From: Phoronis australis
Taxonomy: Eukaryota > Animalia > Phoronida
Length of the DNA: 64,000 bases
NCBI GenBank assembly: GCA_002633005.1
Contig: NMRA01000097.1
Span: forward strand, 579,273 to 643,272
Reading direction: 5' to 3'
Below are positions 60,163 to 64,000 of this stretch, piece by piece (the first letter of the stretch is position 1; every line of letters begins with the position of its first letter). The notes beneath the pieces were generated by a model that did not search any database, was not told the origin of the DNA, and worked only from the letters and a program-made list of their open reading frames with translations. The translations under genes and the position numbers were made by a program.

Positions 60163-62842
60163 ATGTCGCACAGTGGAAAGCTGGGCAAGAAAATGGGACG
60201 TTCGTCTAAGCTAACCGACTCAGTTAGAAAGAAAAGAAGGCAAGACTTGCAGCTGAAAGTTAATAAACGACGCATTTATCTGGGTACAGAGCATTGCCGC
60301 TGGGAATCTCTTAGAAGTGAGCTATTCGTCACCAATTCCGAGCTGGCAAAACGATAGCTTAACAGCCTTGATAATGCGTAAGTACTTGTTTGGTCCACAG
60401 GCGTCCTCAGCTTTTGATCGTCCCCGATACACTACATATAATAGTATTGGGGACGACCAGAAGCTGAGGACGCCTGTGGTTCAGTCCTGCATACTTTGGT
60501 AGTTATCGGGACATTGCGCGGTCCCAGCTTATTTAAATCACCTCAAATTCATTAAAGTAATGGTCCGAGAACTCACTGAGAAAGTGCGGATTGTGAAAGT
60601 TAAACTCGGACATAAAATTCACCGAGTTGCTTTGTCTGTTGACATTTAAGCTAAGCGGCTAAGCCTACTTGTGTGGCTAAGCCTATGACTTACTTATGAC
60701 ATATATTGACGACTTGTTTAGTTGATAATTCTTGAAACACTAAGAGAAATTGAAAAGCATTATTACTTTGAGATAGTACCACCGTCTCAACTGACTGCAG
60801 TAGAGATGGCAGTTGTCCAATAGGCCCTCCACCAGCTGGAAGTTTTTTGGCGAATTGTGCCACATTGATTAAACCATCAAAGTCATGTTGCTGCAACAAA
60901 CTTTTGCAGATAGGGGAATACCTTAGGGGAATTGTAATGTCTTAAACTCTTCCCAGCTCGGTCAAATACGAACGGGCATTAGGAGTCAATTTTGTGTCCT
61001 TCGTTAAGGTAACAAAATCATGGACTGACCATTTTTGGGAAACTGGCCCAATTCTGTATTGATTGAATCATTGCTGTAGCGTTTTTAAATCACATTGAGA
61101 TCGACCTCCATGACGGAGTAAATCAATCATTAAAGCACTACACTGGTGATCATCAGAGTTTGCTAGTGCTTGAAACTTGGCCGCAAGGGTTGTACCACTC
61201 ATACCTGTGCAAAATGATATTGTAGATGAACAAAGAAACGAATCAGAAAGAAATCTTGATTCCAATTCGCAACAAGAAATTTAGCAATGAATTACACTCG
61301 CATTTTTTGTGATGGTTATTCATTTAGTTTGGTTGTTATTATGGCGACGAATTGTACCTCCTGTATGCTTTGACACCTGTACCTGTAGTTAATAAGTAGG
61401 TTATTGTAATTTCATTTTTGCACTGTAGGTATGAAGTGGCACAAAGTGAAAGATTTTCAACAATGTCTAGACAAGTGTCCACAGAGTCAGAACCTGAAGC
61501 CGTATCAGCAACACCTGCAACTCCCCAGTTTGTTCAAAGGTATTCTAGAAATTATTTTTTCAGTGAAAGCGTGTAGTCTAAACCTTCACCTAGTAGTATT
61601 TGTGTCTACGACAATACATGACATGGAAAATTGCGTTTGTTGAAAACTCCAAGTCAGTTTTTTGTGAGGGTTACTAATTTAAGTCAAATCATTCCAGCTT
61701 GCCATTGTTAGAAATATTACTGAACTTGCATTCATTAAGCCTTAACTGGCTTGGACTATGGACTGCATGGTTGTATTTTCATCAAGATTCTGCTTTCCTA
61801 ACTTTGCTCTACGTTGAACTTGATTTTACTGTACCTTATTCACACTTGAATTATGGTCCAAATATTGTAACTTGTTTTACTGAACTGACTCTGAACTTAC
61901 TCAAAAAACATTGTCCTTAAAACATGTTTAAAAGTAATCACATTTTCTTTGATGTTATCTTTACAGATATGACTGTGCTACTGCTGTTCAGAAGCCTTGG
62001 ACCTCAAAACTGGTGTCATCAACACCAACTGGTTTACATCCATCAACATTACTCAGGTGTGAAACTGTTATTCAAAATGAATATTTGTACTCTACGTTAC
62101 TGAATTATTTACTGACAGGACTTTAGGAGCATTGGGATGTCAAGAGTGGAAATGTAAAAGCTGTAGGCTTATTTGACCATGTCTCTGACAATTATGAGCT
62201 TCAAAACTGCACCAAATGAAATATCCCTGTTAAACGAGAACAAGGCAATCAAACATGCAAACTTCGATTCATATGTACGAACCATTATTCATAACAACAC
62301 TTGAATCGTAAATACAAACCATATCAAATGTAAGAACAAAAATTCATGCATGTAAACTAAAGAAACAGATAAAACAAAGAACAGGGGTATGAAGTAATAT
62401 CACATAATTACGTAAACATTTTCTAGTGATGATGGTCATCATTCGTTTTCCCAAGGAGTCCAGCACTAAGCAAAATGGCAACATAAAATGTATCTGTAGA
62501 AGAACTATGTTCTTACATGTTATTTGTATTTCTGATTAGTTATTTTGTGTGCATGGCTGTTTGTTTGTACACACCATGTTGTGATTCGTATGTATAAATG
62601 AAGCGTTCTTCCAAATGATGCAGTGTTTTGTGCATATGACTCAAAGTCTGTACGTATGACTGCCTGACACCCTCGATTAGTTGCTGACAAATGTTGAACT
62701 CAAGATAACTTTCTTTATCACTTATATGTGATTATGGCAATGGTATGTTTTCAGTGGGCTTGAGCTTTCTGGAATCGATGCAAGTGATTCTGTCTGTGAC
62801 CACGAAGCCATGATGTTTGTATCCAGGCCATTCATTACAAAG
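60163..62842 (+). pseudogene. Spliced transposon-type gene relic, probably a Kolobok-like transposase N-terminus; exons 60163-60377, 61429-61539, 61967-62056, 62755-62842
   Basis: Phase-2 GT-AG junctions chain in frame. Motif KRRIYLGTEHCRWESLRSEL..ELAKR*LNS with an in-frame TAG at 60355, then S/T/P-rich exons. Starts ~490 bp inside TTAA|AGTGGC. Confidence 0.6.
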
Positions 62843-62846
62843 GTAT

Positions 62847-63064
62847 GGAGCCTGTTCCACGAAATTGACAAGATCATTTTTGACTTAAGTCTAAGATTTG
62901 TTTTTAACTTCCAAACTTTGAAACTTCCAATTTTGGTAAGTTAAGACAGAACTTATGTCAAACACTTTTTTGAATTGGTTTTGAGACAAATTTAACTTTA
63001 TTTTAAAATTTACTAAAAGTTAAAAATTGTCTTAGCTAAGTCAGTTCTGTTGGAACAGGCCCCT
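62847..63064 (-). mobile_element. MITE-like repeat with short TIR (gcctgttcca..tggaacaggc)
   Basis: Terminal IR plus homology to 38282-38526. Confidence 0.65.
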
Positions 63065-64000
63065 GATCTTCAAAATTTGAGAGAACTAGTCAGTGCTCAT
63101 GAATTATCTTGACAACAAACTGTTTAGTGTTGTAACTGATGATTGAATTGTGAAATATTTGTGCATATATTTTGCGTGGTATATTCCAATAAAATGGATT
63201 TTTCTACATGTCTGGTATGGCCAGGAATGGTGTGCACAGGTTTCACTTCTAAGCATGACTGAATTTTGCATACTCTGTTTACATGCATTGTATACATTTG
63301 TGATTTGCAAAGATGTACCTACATGTAAAAGTAAATACATCAAGAAGGAGATAGGCAGCAGTTTTGGTGACCCTTTTGACTAAATACCACCTATTAGGTA
63401 TGGTTTTATAGGTCATCCTGCAACTAATCTTGTCATATTTGTGTTTTTAATGTGACGCATTGGTATTCCAAACTTATTCGAATATAGTGTGAGCAGAGTT
63501 GAATTCACTGATTGCATTTGCACCTACATGTCTTTGCACCGAATTTGACATTTTTTTTTGAAGTTGATTGGCGTATAATTTAAAAGTTTATATTCAAAGG
63601 CAACGTTGGGATTTTGAGGAGTTTTTATCAGTAGCATAGACAATCCATGAAATTTGTGGTGGTTTTTTTTTTCACTGTGATATATATTTATTGAAGGATA
63701 CACAGAACATACAAAGGAATAATAACAAACCCAGAAACCGCGAAGCATTATATCTGGGTTGTAAACAATTCATAAATGAAACTTATATACATAGAGATAT
63801 ATACAATTAAGTAGTATCTAAAATAAGTATTCCAATACTTAGACATGCTATTACAGATATATAAAAACAAAAATATTTACAGATTCAAGTAGGGAAATCA
63901 GATGCAACAATATTGATAAACGGTATATAAAAATTTGCTAACGTTGCTTAGGAGGAATTCGTTAAGAACAAAGTCAAGGTTAGGACTACCATTCAGTAAT

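Noticed and set aside
56015-64000. Further Ig, TM or terminal exons of the Ig gene
   Set aside because: No phase-1 exon with a (F/Y)GP start or a hydrophobic TM segment was found; the exons seen here are phase 2 and belong to the transposon-type gene.

Overview
Animal genomic DNA, about 39% GC by eye. It looks like a marine invertebrate, judging by spliceosomal introns, the transposon spectrum and strong TACATGTA enrichment. There is one assembly gap (34420-35330) and several isolated Ns. The main feature is one large + strand spliced gene (9120-56014 or further), reconstructed by hand. It has a probable signal-peptide-end/Cys exon, an EGF/EB-like exon and 18 single-Ig-domain exons, together 6507 nt or about 2169 aa with no stop. 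Every exon is phase 1-1. From Ig4 on, two distinct Ig subtypes alternate strictly (B-A)n. No start exon or TM/stop exon was found. Introns and flanks hold transposon relics: Penelope-like, a Loa-like LINE with RNase H, a Gypsy integrase tail with LTR, a Helentron-type element, THAP/Kolobok-like elements, MITEs, a tRNA-derived SINE and satellites. All family assignments come from motif recognition by eye, not database searches.
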